Shown here: positions 9,801 through 19,683 of the stretch, piece after piece
Layout of the letters: the number at the start of each line of letters is the position of its first letter
Position numbering within the stretch: the first letter of the stretch is position 1
Assembly (NCBI GenBank): GCA_019828565.1
Contig: JAHDYR010000007.1
Span: forward strand, 605,333-669,332
Reading direction: 5' to 3'
Source of the DNA: Carpediemonas membranifera BICM
Lineage: Eukaryota > Protista > Fornicata
DNA: 64,000 bases
Notes under the pieces: model-generated
What the model saw: the letters and a program-made list of their open reading frames with translations, nothing else
What the model was told of the DNA's origin: nothing
The model's database searches: none
Made by a program: the position numbers and the translations under genes

Positions 9801-10153
9801 GGCAATTCAGGGCCCCGAAAACGCCAGCACCAGCGCAAGTAAGCTATTTTATTGCAAACCGCTCTACTTGCGCTGGTATTTCAGCGTTTTCGCGGCCCTT
9901 TGCCCATCATTCGTCGTCTGAATTTTTTCGTGCAGAATTCAGACGAGTGTCGCCTGGCAGAGGCTGAGCAGCGGAGCTTAGTCCCTGTGGCACCACTCGT
10001 CTGGCCCAGCTCCCGGGCATGCTCACGAAAATACAGGTGCAGATTTGGGAGCAGAATGATCGACGAACCCCGAAAACGCCATAACAGGCACCAGTGAGCG
10101 CATCTTCGTTGATGAAGCTCATTGGTGCTGGTAATATGGCGTTTTCGGGGTTC
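9800..10153 (+). other. Cluster of three long hairpins between the two arrays
   Basis: Hairpins 9800-9905, 9940-10003 (alternative 9914-9946) and 10065-10153 (19-bp perfect basal stem). Hairpins 1 and 3 share CCCCGAAAACGCCA. Confidence 0.8.
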
Positions 10154-10165
10154 AAATACTGTACT

Positions 10166-10757
10166 CCTCATCCCTGGCGCCCTCATCTTGGCTCCCTCAT
10201 CCTGGCGCCTCATCCCTGGCGCCTCATCCCTGGCGCCCTCATCTTGGCTCCCTCATCCTGGCGCCCTCATCCCTGGCGCCTCATCCCTGGCGCCTCATCC
10301 TGGCTCCCTCATCCTGGCGCCTCATCCCTGGCGTCTCATCCCTGGCGCCTCATCCCTGGCGCCCTCATCTTGGCTCCCTCATCCTGGCGCCTCATCCCTG
10401 GCGCCTCATCCCTGGCGCCTCATCCCTGGCGCCCTCATCTTGGCTCCCTCATCCTGGCGCCTCATCCCTGGCGCCTCATCCCTGGCGCCCTCATCCCTGG
10501 CGCCTCATCCCTGGCGCCTCATCCCTGGCGCCTCATCCCTGGCGCCCTCATCCCTGGCGTCTCATCCCTGGCGCCTCATCCCTGGCGCCCTCATCTTGGC
10601 TCCCTCATCCTGGCGCCTCATCCCTGGCGCCTCATCCTGGCTCCCTCATCCTGGCGCCTCATTCCTGGCGCCTCATCCCTGGCGTCTCATCCCTGGCGCC
10701 TCATCCTGGCTCCCTCATCCTGGCGCCTCATCCCTGGCGCCGTCATCACTGGCGCCC
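10166..10757 (+). repeat. Pyrimidine/C-rich tandem array of 13-15-bp units (cctcatccctggcg family)
   Basis: About 40 units of cctcatccctggcg with variants ccctcatcttggct and cctcatcctggcg. Confidence 0.97.
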
Positions 10758-11893
10758 ACACAGCACCCCTACGCCAGCGCCATCAATCCCCAACGGCACA
10801 GTAAACAGAAAATGCTCTTTATGCTCTTACACGATGGCGTTTGGAGACGAAAACGAACACCCATGGTACCTGCAGGTAAGGTAAGTTAAGGTAATTTCCG
10901 GTGATCGCGTTCGTTGCAATTAATCATCATACCAGACAGCGCTCCTGGTATCAACAGGTGCATCATGCCCTGCGTATTCTAGCAGCACGCGGTCTCTCCG
11001 CATCACTACGTTGTTTGCTTGTCTGATATTAACAGCAGAATGACACCAGAAAATTTATCAAACATGATGTGGACGGGGAGTGCTTCAATATTTGTCTCTT
11101 GATACGGTTCATGTTTGCTAGTTGCCTCACTGAGAACGTAGGATTGCCTTCATCAGGTATATGGACGCAACATCAAGGTATTCCTTCGCGATATCGTCTG
11201 CAAAGAGGTAGTATTCCTCTATTTGAACCAAATCTTTGATTCTTATGCGCATCGTCTCTAATTCAGTGACGAATTCGTGTCTTCTCATGTTTGTGTACTT
11301 TATGCACAAACATGAACCTCCATTGATTTGTGGCAGTGAAGCAATTCTGGCACTATTAAGCGCCACGCTACGAGTGAGTATGGCATGTTTCAACACCTAG
11401 CCGTCGTCACAGTTTAGTCAGTTTTGACTCGAACCGAACCAGTGCCTATAACACCATCAATACTGAAGTTCAGATCCTTTTGAAGTGATAAACTAGTAGA
11501 ATAGAAGGATGAATAACACTGTGCTCAGTTTTAGCTCCGTTGGACATGAAACATATTTTTCTATCGATTTGCGTTTGCTTGCGAAAGTTTGTGCTATTTT
11601 CTCCAGATAAAGGCGTGCGCAAGGAAATCTGGAGGCTAGCGCTGTTATAATGAATGTTAAACTGTTACGTAACGGTGTCGGTATCCAACGCGCATCCCCC
11701 GTTCTTGAGCAGAAGCAAACTTTTTTGGCAGTATTTCCCGAAAACCTCAACTTTGAGCAAGAATATTTTTTTGGGGGAGCTGTCACAGACTGAGAGAGAG
11801 TTGGAGCTGGCTTAAGCACACCTCGGGCAAGCCTCTGTTAGTTTTTGGTCGAGCTCTGCTGAAAAGTGAGTGAGTTCATGAGAGCAGTACGTA

Positions 11894-12604
11894 TCAACGT
11901 TCCTTGGGCCCAGTATTAGTTGCATATTGCTTTACATCCCATGGCAAGGCGTCGCTAAATTGTTTGAACGCGTTTAGTTTTTCTTGCAAATGCCATTTTT
12001 TCTGGCATTCTGGAACCAATTCTGGAACTATTTGTTCCAGAAAAGGTACCAGAATTGACTGCATGTCTTCGCCGTCCGGGCCGGTCAGGTTGCCAGGCCG
12101 TGCGACTGTCTCGACGTTTGCGATGTCGTGGTCGTCGGTCAGCTGGGTGAAGAAGTCGCGGGCCTTCTTGCCGCAGTCAGTCAGTATCTGGGGATGTTGA
12201 GCTTCAAGGCACTCCCGGGTCATTGCTGTCAGGGTGGGGTCCTTGTGCTTAGCTGCACACTCGCTACAGGCGGCGAACGTGGCTTTTCTTATGGTCTTCT
12301 GTACCTCCTCTACCCAGATGGCGGTGAGGTTGTCGGTCTTCGTTGTACGGGCTCGTGCCGCAGTACTGGCAGAGCTTGTGTTCGCCGCGCGGCGAGCATC
12401 GGAATCGGACAGAACGGTTCGTTGTAGGTCCTCGAAAGTGTCAAAAAGAGTGGTTGGGCGCCACTGGGCGCGAAGTTTTTCTGTTGTCTCGGGGGACAAT
12501 GCCCTAAAGAACGAAATTGGATTCTTCTCGTGGGGCATCGCCGAGAGGTACTCCTGGAGTGCTCTCTCGACGGCGAACGGGGTGTCAATTGTAAGAGTCT
12601 TCAT
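11894..12604 (-). CDS. Hypothetical protein (236 aa)
   Basis: ATG-initiated ORF with protein-like composition; no recognised motif; start overlaps the upstream stop (ATGA). Confidence 0.5.
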   Translation of the reverse strand: MKTLTIDTPFAVERALQEYLSAMPHEKNPISFFRALSPETTEKLRAQWRPTTLFDTFEDLQRTVLSDSDARRAANTSSASTAARARTTKTDNLTAIWVEEVQKTIRKATFAACSECAAKHKDPTLTAMTRECLEAQHPQILTDCGKKARDFFTQLTDDHDIANVETVARPGNLTGPDGEDMQSILVPFLEQIVPELVPECQKKWHLQEKLNAFKQFSDALPWDVKQYATNTGPKER

Positions 12605-13086
12605 TTGAATCGGCAGTATCGATACTGTGCCGTGCTAGGGCCCAGAAATATGATAAAGACTGTTTTACGAATTCCGCAGGTTAAGGGCACAGCGGCAACC
12701 TTGTCGACCTTGGTGCGCACGAAGAGGTGGGGCGTGGTGGCCCCGCGGTCGCTCGCCGGGTTGATGGCAGCAGTGGCGGCCTCGTAGACGTTGAGGAGGG
12801 TGTAGGCCATGTCGGGCTCGTTGTATTGGCAGACGTCGCCCTCGCTGATGTCGTTGCTGTCGATCTGGAAGTACTCGATGCGGACATCATTAGTCGAAGG
12901 ATTGGAGCGAGCGGCGAGTATTTCAGCGCTCTTGTGGTCATTGGCGATGCTCAAAAAGCGCATGTTGGCAAAAATCGGGAAGCCGGACGTGTTGACGAGG
13001 TCGATTCCAATCTCTGCCTTGCGATAGCACAATGCAGCGCCGATGATGGCTACAAGAAGAAGCAATGCGAATGGATTGCGGTTCAT
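12601..13086 (-). CDS. Hypothetical secreted protein (161 aa)
   Basis: N-terminal signal peptide MNRNPFALLLLVAIIGAALC; a few Cys; beta-rich pattern. Confidence 0.6.
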   Translation of the reverse strand: MNRNPFALLLLVAIIGAALCYRKAEIGIDLVNTSGFPIFANMRFLSIANDHKSAEILAARSNPSTNDVRIEYFQIDSNDISEGDVCQYNEPDMAYTLLNVYEAATAAINPASDRGATTPHLFVRTKVDKVAAVPLTCGIRKTVFIIFLGPSTAQYRYCRFK

Positions 13087-13443
13087 AACCGTTGTTTCTG
13101 TTCTGCCAACATCGTGACGCTGAAGATGCTTGCCGAATCAAGAATGTGACAGATCAGAATGTGACGCGGTCCAAGTCCAAGCTGGGCAACGCTAGCTTGG
13201 CCAATCCCCTCGATTCTCATCACCGCTACAGCTCTGTGAAGATTCTTCATCAAGTGTCTTTACTCCAGGGCCATTCTGGTCTGGGCCTGGTCGAACACGG
13301 TCTGAATGAGACTGATAGTCAGGCTGACGTCCTTCACGCCCGTGGAGCGTCCATTTTAGAGACCAGGCAGTAAGACTGACACGACATCAGCCGCCGATTG
13401 CTTTATAGCTCGAATATAAACATTTATTTATAATAACGTTCAG

Positions 13444-16400
13444 TTATCTAACAAGGTACGACTGCAGCAGTGTCAGGGACCCGCTGTAGCTCATCAGGTG
13501 CCGGAAGACGGCCCTCAGCCCGAGGGTGTTCACGGCGATGACGAAGAGCGAGGCGATGACGGTACACCCAACGAGGACGACCTCGTTGAAGCTCACAAGG
13601 AGGTCCAGTCGACTGAAGCGGTTGTTAAACATGTCACTGAGTCCGTTTGCAACGTTGTACGTCGTCTTTAGGACCGGCATGAGAACGCCGCTGCGGACAA
13701 CACTCGACGCCGAGGTCGAGGTCACGGTGAATGCGGTCAGCGCAGAGACGTAGCGGGTGACGGTGGTCGTCAGGCCAAGGACCCAGGCGCCGGTGAAAAC
13801 GTAGTCGAGGAAGCCCGCGTTGAACACGTCATAGATGGCGTCGTTGAGCGCGTCGGTCTCCAGATCAAGCATCGCGGGGTGGACGCTGGCCGGGTACTCG
13901 TAGCTGAGGGCGGCGCGGGTGCCGGACTTCAGCAGGAGGGAGTCGGTCTTGGCCGTGTCAGAGACGAAGACGTAGACCTCGTAGATGACGCCGAGCATGC
14001 CGACGATAGCCATGGCGCAAAGCACAGTCACGACCGTGACGGAGAGCAGCAGGCTCACGCCCAACGCGAAATCAGGGCGCAGGGTGCGGTTGAGCACCTG
14101 CTTCTGACGATACTTGGAGTCGTGTCGCCGAGTCACTCGCGTGAAGGCAGTTGTGGTAAATGTTGGCAGGACAACGAAGGTGACGACGACAAGCACAGGG
14201 ATGAGGCACGCGGCTGTGGTGTAGTCCGCGTACATTAGCGCCGTGTGGGCTCGTTCTCTCGTGGCGTGGATGCCGTCCCGGTAGTCTACGTAGATCGCGG
14301 TGCACTTGGTGACCACAGCATCGTAGTCAGCGTATGTGACGGGGTCCGTGAGGCAAAGGGACTCGGCCATGGCCTGCTTCTCGGCGTCAGACCGGGCAAG
14401 GTCATACGTCTCGTTCGTAAAGCGGCCTGGGGCGGAGGCCCGCTCGGTCGGGTCGTTCGAGTTCCAGGTGTAGGTGTCGATGACCGCGTTCTCGATCGTG
14501 TGGCCATTGACACTGGCCGCGAGTCTCGTGGCGATGTACATGTCCTGGACAAACCTGGCGTGTGAGATCTTGCCCATAGCAAAGGCCTCAGTCCCTGTGG
14601 CGTCTGCCCCAAGAGTGTAGAGCTTGGCAGTGGTGGCCAGCATCTTGGTGACCGCGGCGTCGAGGTCAGCGAGCACACCCTCGTCAACTGTGTAGACGTA
14701 TTTCTGGACGAGGTGCATGATGACCTGGTCCATATCGATTACCCCCTCGAGCACGGAGCTCAGCTCGGCCGCGTCTGCGGCTAGGGTATCCGGGTCGAGG
14801 ACTGCGGTCACATACCAGCGGACCCCCAGCCCGGTGACAATGGTGGCGGTGGCGAAGGCAAGGCAGAGCAGTGCGACAATGGAGACACGCCGGGCCGTAC
14901 CAGTCTTGATCGTGCTGGGCCTGAACCCGAACGTTGCCACGGGTGCGAGGGAGATGAGGATGACAAGCGCCACGACGACGCTGATGACCGCACGTGCAGT
15001 GAAACTGGTGGCGATGAGGACTTCGATCGAGTCCACAATCATGTAGGACATGTCGTACAGGTAACCCGAGATCACCATGAACAATGTCTCGACCTTGTCG
15101 TCGAACAGGATGGCCTGGGCGATGGCGAGCTGGTCTGCCGCGGCGAGTGTGGTGGTGTCGGAGGTCTTGTTGGTGTACCAGACCGGCCGGGAGTACTCCT
15201 CGACGTCCTGGGCGTGGTGGGTCTCGCCCGTGTAGTTCCAGTCGACGCTGAGGCCCGTGGTGATGTCGCTGGTGAACCCGTGGCCGTACGCCGCGATGCT
15301 GACGGCGACGTCCATGTAGTACAAGAGCTGCTGCTTGAGGGTCTGCACCGTGACCATCTCATCGCTCATCCACATCTCGGGGGCATCGCTATAGTAGTCG
15401 AAGTTCCTCTGACGCACGGCCGGGTCATTACGGCGGGCCACGTATGCCCGGAGTCGGTCAGTCGCACCGGCGATGGCGAACCCGGCGGTCTGTATCATGT
15501 CGTACCCTTCCGTGCCTGAGCACTGAATGGGTGTCATGTCCAAGAGGTGGTGAATCTCGTGCTCGTTCTCAGTGGCGCTCTGCTGGCTGACAATCGAGTA
15601 TATCGAGTACGACGCGAGCACCGCCATGGCCACGAGGATGCCTGCCACGCCCAACACGGACCAGACGCCCTGGATGACACCGAGCCCGCTGGCCTGTTTG
15701 CGCTTCCTCCCCCTGGCCGGGCGGTGGGCGAGCTTCTTGACGATGTTGCCGACCGTTTGTATGGGGCTGTCGCCGATGATATCGCCCTCCTCCGCATCCG
15801 AGCCATCCATTGAGTCGACGAAGAGCACTGACACCTCGCTCCCGCTGCTCTCGTCCGCGATCATCTCGAACGCGGACCTTGGCTCGGGCTGGGGGATCTC
15901 ATTGGGGCTCTCCAGGAAGGAGATATGGCCCCTGACACCCGGCCGGGTCCTGGGCTTCTCATCGGCCGTCGAGTCGCTGGGCGAGTCGTCGGAGAACTCC
16001 GCGGCGTGAGATTGGGCCAGCTGGGTCGCCCCGAGCTGCTTCTTGGTCAGGTCGTGCTTGTCACCGTCGTCGAAGGTTGCGAGGTTGCCGTCGCTGAGGT
16101 CTTCTTGGAGGTCCTGGTCGAAGTCGAGCATGTTGATGCCGCGGAACTTCGACTTGGCCATGCCGACCAGCCGCATCTGACGACGGACCTGAGCCCTTGA
16201 GACGGAGAGGCAGTTGGTCAGCGAGATGTCACATGAGACTACCTCCGTCGAGAAGTTGCGGAAGATGATCCAGAAGATGAGTACGACCGTCATCGCCAGC
16301 TGGACCACCACGAGCAGCCCTTGGAAGACGACGCAAACGTACAGGAGCCCGAGGATCGATGACCGCTGCAGCTCTTGTACCAGGTCCACAATCTCCGCGA

Positions 16401-19400
16401 AGGAGTCAAAGTTACCGGCAACAGCGGCCTGGGCGTGCGAGTAGACGGTAGACCTCTCCACTAACGTGATGTCTGCTGGGCGATCGGTCGTTGACTCAGA
16501 AATAACCCGCATCTCATGAGCCAGCCCAGCAGCAATAGCCCAGGTCTTCCGGGCGGCGCGGGCGGGGATGACGGGGACCTCGTCGGGCTCGTAGAAGTAG
16601 TAGTACTCGTTGCTGCCATGGTCCATGTCGATCAGGAAGTCGTGGTGGGACTCGATCGCCTCAGCTGCAGCGGAGATGGACGTCGCGAGGGGGTGTTCGA
16701 GGTCGAGTGCGTCGAGGCGCGTGTCATTGAGGTACAGGAGGGACGAGAAGAAAGAGCCCTCCCCCACGGCGAAGCTGACGTTGTGGAGGTCCTTGATGAC
16801 GGTAATGTGGTCTCGCATCAGCTCTGACACGGCCAGCAGGGCACCGCCTGTGAGGACGGTGAGGGCCACATTCACGGCGGCCACGGCGAGGAGGATCCGG
16901 AAAAACGTGGTCGACGAGTTCCGCTCAAAGTAGCTCTGACCTGAAGAGCCCGTGCTCGACCCGCTGAAGCTGGAGCCAGTGCTGTGGCTCTCGGACGAGT
17001 TGCTCTTGGTGTCGTCGTCGACGGTCTCGGTCCGCAGCTGCTGGGCGCGGGTGTGGTCCTGCATGACGGAGTCGAGGAACAGGATGTACCACTCCCGGAC
17101 GGTTGGGTTGTCCGGGTAGCGGCGGAAGAGGCGCGTGTAGAGCAGGTTGGCCTGGGTGGCCGAGATGCCGATGCTCCTGGCGTGCTTGATGATGAGCGGC
17201 AGGTCAGGGTGGCGGCGAAGGAGCAGGGGCCAGAACTTGCCGACGAGGAAGAGCGTTCGGAGGTGGAAAGAGCGGGCCTGCGTCAGCTTGCTCTGGATCT
17301 CGAGGAACGACGCCGCGTTGTCCTTGCCGCCGAGTGTGAAGACGTGCTGCATCTGCTCGATGTAGCGGTGCATCGAGAACTCGAACATGCCATGGTCGAC
17401 GCGTGTGTGGGCGAAGCACTCCTCCGCGATGTTCCGCAGCATAGCGTGGGACGTACTGATCGAGGCGGGCCCCATGTTGGCGACGTTGAGCAGTGCGAGA
17501 CGAAGGGGGGGCGTGATCTCCTTGGTGTACGCCACACACGCTCGTCGGAGGACCATGTTCGCACCGGTGAAGAGGTTGGCCTCCATCGTGGAAGAGATGC
17601 CGCCGCGGCCAAACAGACGGCGGTCGTGCCATATGAATGGACGGGTGCCGAGCTCGAGGCCGGTCACAGAGATGTCCGCCATCGTCGGCAGTTTAAGGCT
17701 CGTGACGGAAATGGCGGCGACGTGCTTGATGTTGGCAGCCCGCTTCCCTGGCTTCAGTGCGTTTCTGAGGAGGGCGAGCTTCTTCGTAGCGGCATCGCCC
17801 GTCTCCGAGAACATGATGGCGAACACATGCTCCTCGGCCATCCTCAGGCGGACGTGGAGTAGGGCCATTGGGACAAGGGCCGCGGGGAGGGACAGGAGGG
17901 CAAGGAGGGCAAGGGCAGCGGCGGTGGCAGTGCCTGGGGTGACGCCCGTGAAGTAGGTGACCACGGACCACAGTGCTCCCAGATGAAGCACGAGAGACGC
18001 GACCGCAGCCAGCCCGAGCATGGCGGCGACAAAGGCCTTTTGACGACGGCCGATGGGCCAGAGCGTCGACACAACGATGAATGCGAGTGCCACGACCAGG
18101 CTGGCGAGACTCATGGCGACGGCGAAGAGGCGGGCCGCGACTCGCATCGAGTCGGAGAGCTCGGTGTCGTCGAACTCGACGGCACCTATGGCGGCACCAA
18201 CGAAGGCGACCGAGATGTGGACTGAGAGGAGAAGCAGCTCGCGGAGGTGGTTTACGCTAGAAAGCGTTGGTGCGAACGCGAAAGAAACGGCGTGCAGGCC
18301 GAGGGGGGCGAGAGCGGCGAGCATCATGCCCAGGGCGAGCATGTCGGGCAGAAGGTTGGTGAACATCACGGTGAACGCGTTGTCCGTGTCAATGCCGTAT
18401 ACCAGGTGGATGGGGGCACGTCCTGCTAGGAACCCCAGGGGCAGGAAGACGTGTGTGACGAGAACGGTGGTTGAGAGCACCCCAGCGTACCGGCCAAGCA
18501 CACGTCCAATGGTAAACATCCGTTCGTGCGTGTTATTGAGGGCCAGGAGTGCTGTGACAGGGCCTGCGTATACAAAGGCTAAAACTGCGAGTGGAACTGT
18601 TACACCGCCCCAGGCGGGCACGGCGGACGTCAGGCTGGGGGCGACGGGGGCCATTAGGACGTCTCTCACGACCTGGGCTGTGTCGCTCATCGGTGTGGCG
18701 ACGGAGAAGGCTGCGAGAAAAGGCAAGAGGAGGCCGCACGCGAGGGCGACGACACTGCTGAGGTAAACCCAGCCGGGCACGACGCGGTCGGTCGGCTTCC
18801 ACCAGAGGGCATATATGATGGCAGGCAGGCCCGTGTTCATGATGTCGCCGATAGTGTTGCGGCCGGTGTTCGCCTTGTCGTCTGAGCTGATCGCCTGAAG
18901 CTGCGCAGCACGACGGATGGCGTAGTTCTTGCTGGCCTGCTGCGAGAGGAATGTTCCAACGATATGGAGGGACTCTGCGATCGTCTGAACCGCGGCCATG
19001 GTCTTGCGACGGGACTTACGGAAGGCCTTGACGAAATCAACGGGGTCGTGGCCGATGTCCTTCGCGAGGTTCACCATGATCTTGGCGTCTTCGACAGAGG
19101 GCACGCCTGTGACAATGCCACCGATGAGTATGGAGGCAATGGCCACGCCGTCGAGCTGGACCGCGCTACCGCCATCCGTGAGCGTTCCAGAGTGGCAGAG
19201 ACCCACGTACGCATGGTCAAACGACAGGGAGCCGATCTGCTGGTCTGAGCTGAAGCAGCGGCGGTTTCCTTCCTCTGAGCCGCGGATGATAGAACACATC
19301 CCGCCAAGACGGGAAGGCTGGCCCAACGGTTGGCCTGACGTGTCAGTAAGAACGGCACTGCAGTTGGCGTACTCCGTGAACTTGTCCAGGAGGATTTGGA

Positions 19401-19683
19401 TCGCGTCCATATCGAACAGTTCGGGCATTGCCTTGGACGTCGTGGAGAAATCCTTGTGATCGGGGTCAAACGTGAAGAACGGTGCCAGTTTTTGGATCTG
19501 ATTTTGCATTACAGCCGGTTGTTCCACATAGATGAAGACATCGTCCAGCGCTTTGAGGAGGGAGGCATAACGAACCTTCAAATGCTCGGGAAAATCTGAC
19601 ACGTTGCCACGAATCGTGGGAACTTCAATCTCATCCCCATGCGGAGCGGTGGAGAGCCGTAAAGCTTCCTCGATGTCCTCCAT
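13444..19683 (-). CDS. 2079-aa polytopic membrane sensor: N-terminal PocR domain, multi-TM block, TmcB/TmcC-like helical domain, repeated extracellular modules
   Basis: PocR-type Cys pattern MCSIIRGSEEGNRRCFSSD...LCHSGTLTD (C130, C143, C163); many hydrophobic segments; KFWPLL...YTRLFRRYPDNPTVREWYILFLDSVMQD is TmcB-like. Confidence 0.8.
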   Translation of the reverse strand: MEDIEEALRLSTAPHGDEIEVPTIRGNVSDFPEHLKVRYASLLKALDDVFIYVEQPAVMQNQIQKLAPFFTFDPDHKDFSTTSKAMPELFDMDAIQILLDKFTEYANCSAVLTDTSGQPLGQPSRLGGMCSIIRGSEEGNRRCFSSDQQIGSLSFDHAYVGLCHSGTLTDGGSAVQLDGVAIASILIGGIVTGVPSVEDAKIMVNLAKDIGHDPVDFVKAFRKSRRKTMAAVQTIAESLHIVGTFLSQQASKNYAIRRAAQLQAISSDDKANTGRNTIGDIMNTGLPAIIYALWWKPTDRVVPGWVYLSSVVALACGLLLPFLAAFSVATPMSDTAQVVRDVLMAPVAPSLTSAVPAWGGVTVPLAVLAFVYAGPVTALLALNNTHERMFTIGRVLGRYAGVLSTTVLVTHVFLPLGFLAGRAPIHLVYGIDTDNAFTVMFTNLLPDMLALGMMLAALAPLGLHAVSFAFAPTLSSVNHLRELLLLSVHISVAFVGAAIGAVEFDDTELSDSMRVAARLFAVAMSLASLVVALAFIVVSTLWPIGRRQKAFVAAMLGLAAVASLVLHLGALWSVVTYFTGVTPGTATAAALALLALLSLPAALVPMALLHVRLRMAEEHVFAIMFSETGDAATKKLALLRNALKPGKRAANIKHVAAISVTSLKLPTMADISVTGLELGTRPFIWHDRRLFGRGGISSTMEANLFTGANMVLRRACVAYTKEITPPLRLALLNVANMGPASISTSHAMLRNIAEECFAHTRVDHGMFEFSMHRYIEQMQHVFTLGGKDNAASFLEIQSKLTQARSFHLRTLFLVGKFWPLLLRRHPDLPLIIKHARSIGISATQANLLYTRLFRRYPDNPTVREWYILFLDSVMQDHTRAQQLRTETVDDDTKSNSSESHSTGSSFSGSSTGSSGQSYFERNSSTTFFRILLAVAAVNVALTVLTGGALLAVSELMRDHITVIKDLHNVSFAVGEGSFFSSLLYLNDTRLDALDLEHPLATSISAAAEAIESHHDFLIDMDHGSNEYYYFYEPDEVPVIPARAARKTWAIAAGLAHEMRVISESTTDRPADITLVERSTVYSHAQAAVAGNFDSFAEIVDLVQELQRSSILGLLYVCVVFQGLLVVVQLAMTVVLIFWIIFRNFSTEVVSCDISLTNCLSVSRAQVRRQMRLVGMAKSKFRGINMLDFDQDLQEDLSDGNLATFDDGDKHDLTKKQLGATQLAQSHAAEFSDDSPSDSTADEKPRTRPGVRGHISFLESPNEIPQPEPRSAFEMIADESSGSEVSVLFVDSMDGSDAEEGDIIGDSPIQTVGNIVKKLAHRPARGRKRKQASGLGVIQGVWSVLGVAGILVAMAVLASYSIYSIVSQQSATENEHEIHHLLDMTPIQCSGTEGYDMIQTAGFAIAGATDRLRAYVARRNDPAVRQRNFDYYSDAPEMWMSDEMVTVQTLKQQLLYYMDVAVSIAAYGHGFTSDITTGLSVDWNYTGETHHAQDVEEYSRPVWYTNKTSDTTTLAAADQLAIAQAILFDDKVETLFMVISGYLYDMSYMIVDSIEVLIATSFTARAVISVVVALVILISLAPVATFGFRPSTIKTGTARRVSIVALLCLAFATATIVTGLGVRWYVTAVLDPDTLAADAAELSSVLEGVIDMDQVIMHLVQKYVYTVDEGVLADLDAAVTKMLATTAKLYTLGADATGTEAFAMGKISHARFVQDMYIATRLAASVNGHTIENAVIDTYTWNSNDPTERASAPGRFTNETYDLARSDAEKQAMAESLCLTDPVTYADYDAVVTKCTAIYVDYRDGIHATRERAHTALMYADYTTAACLIPVLVVVTFVVLPTFTTTAFTRVTRRHDSKYRQKQVLNRTLRPDFALGVSLLLSVTVVTVLCAMAIVGMLGVIYEVYVFVSDTAKTDSLLLKSGTRAALSYEYPASVHPAMLDLETDALNDAIYDVFNAGFLDYVFTGAWVLGLTTTVTRYVSALTAFTVTSTSASSVVRSGVLMPVLKTTYNVANGLSDMFNNRFSRLDLLVSFNEVVLVGCTVIASLFVIAVNTLGLRAVFRHLMSYSGSLTLLQSYLVR

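Noticed and set aside
9800-10153. SRP RNA, tRNA or hammerhead ribozyme
   Set aside because: I could not find the SRP helix-8 motif, a cloverleaf, or a CUGANGA/GAAA core in the right arrangement by eye. An Rfam scan is still needed.
9262-10757. CRISPR array
   Set aside because: The units are head-to-tail with no unique spacers, there are no cas genes, and the context is eukaryotic.
9188-10889. ORFs 9188..9838, 10094..10804 and 10122..10889 as proteins
   Set aside because: They are translations of stop-free tandem repeats that switch peptide phase with unit length; there is no sign of coding constraint.
11127-11819. Short AT-rich ORFs
   Set aside because: Under 110 aa with non-ATG starts and no motifs; possibly decayed coding DNA but not assignable.
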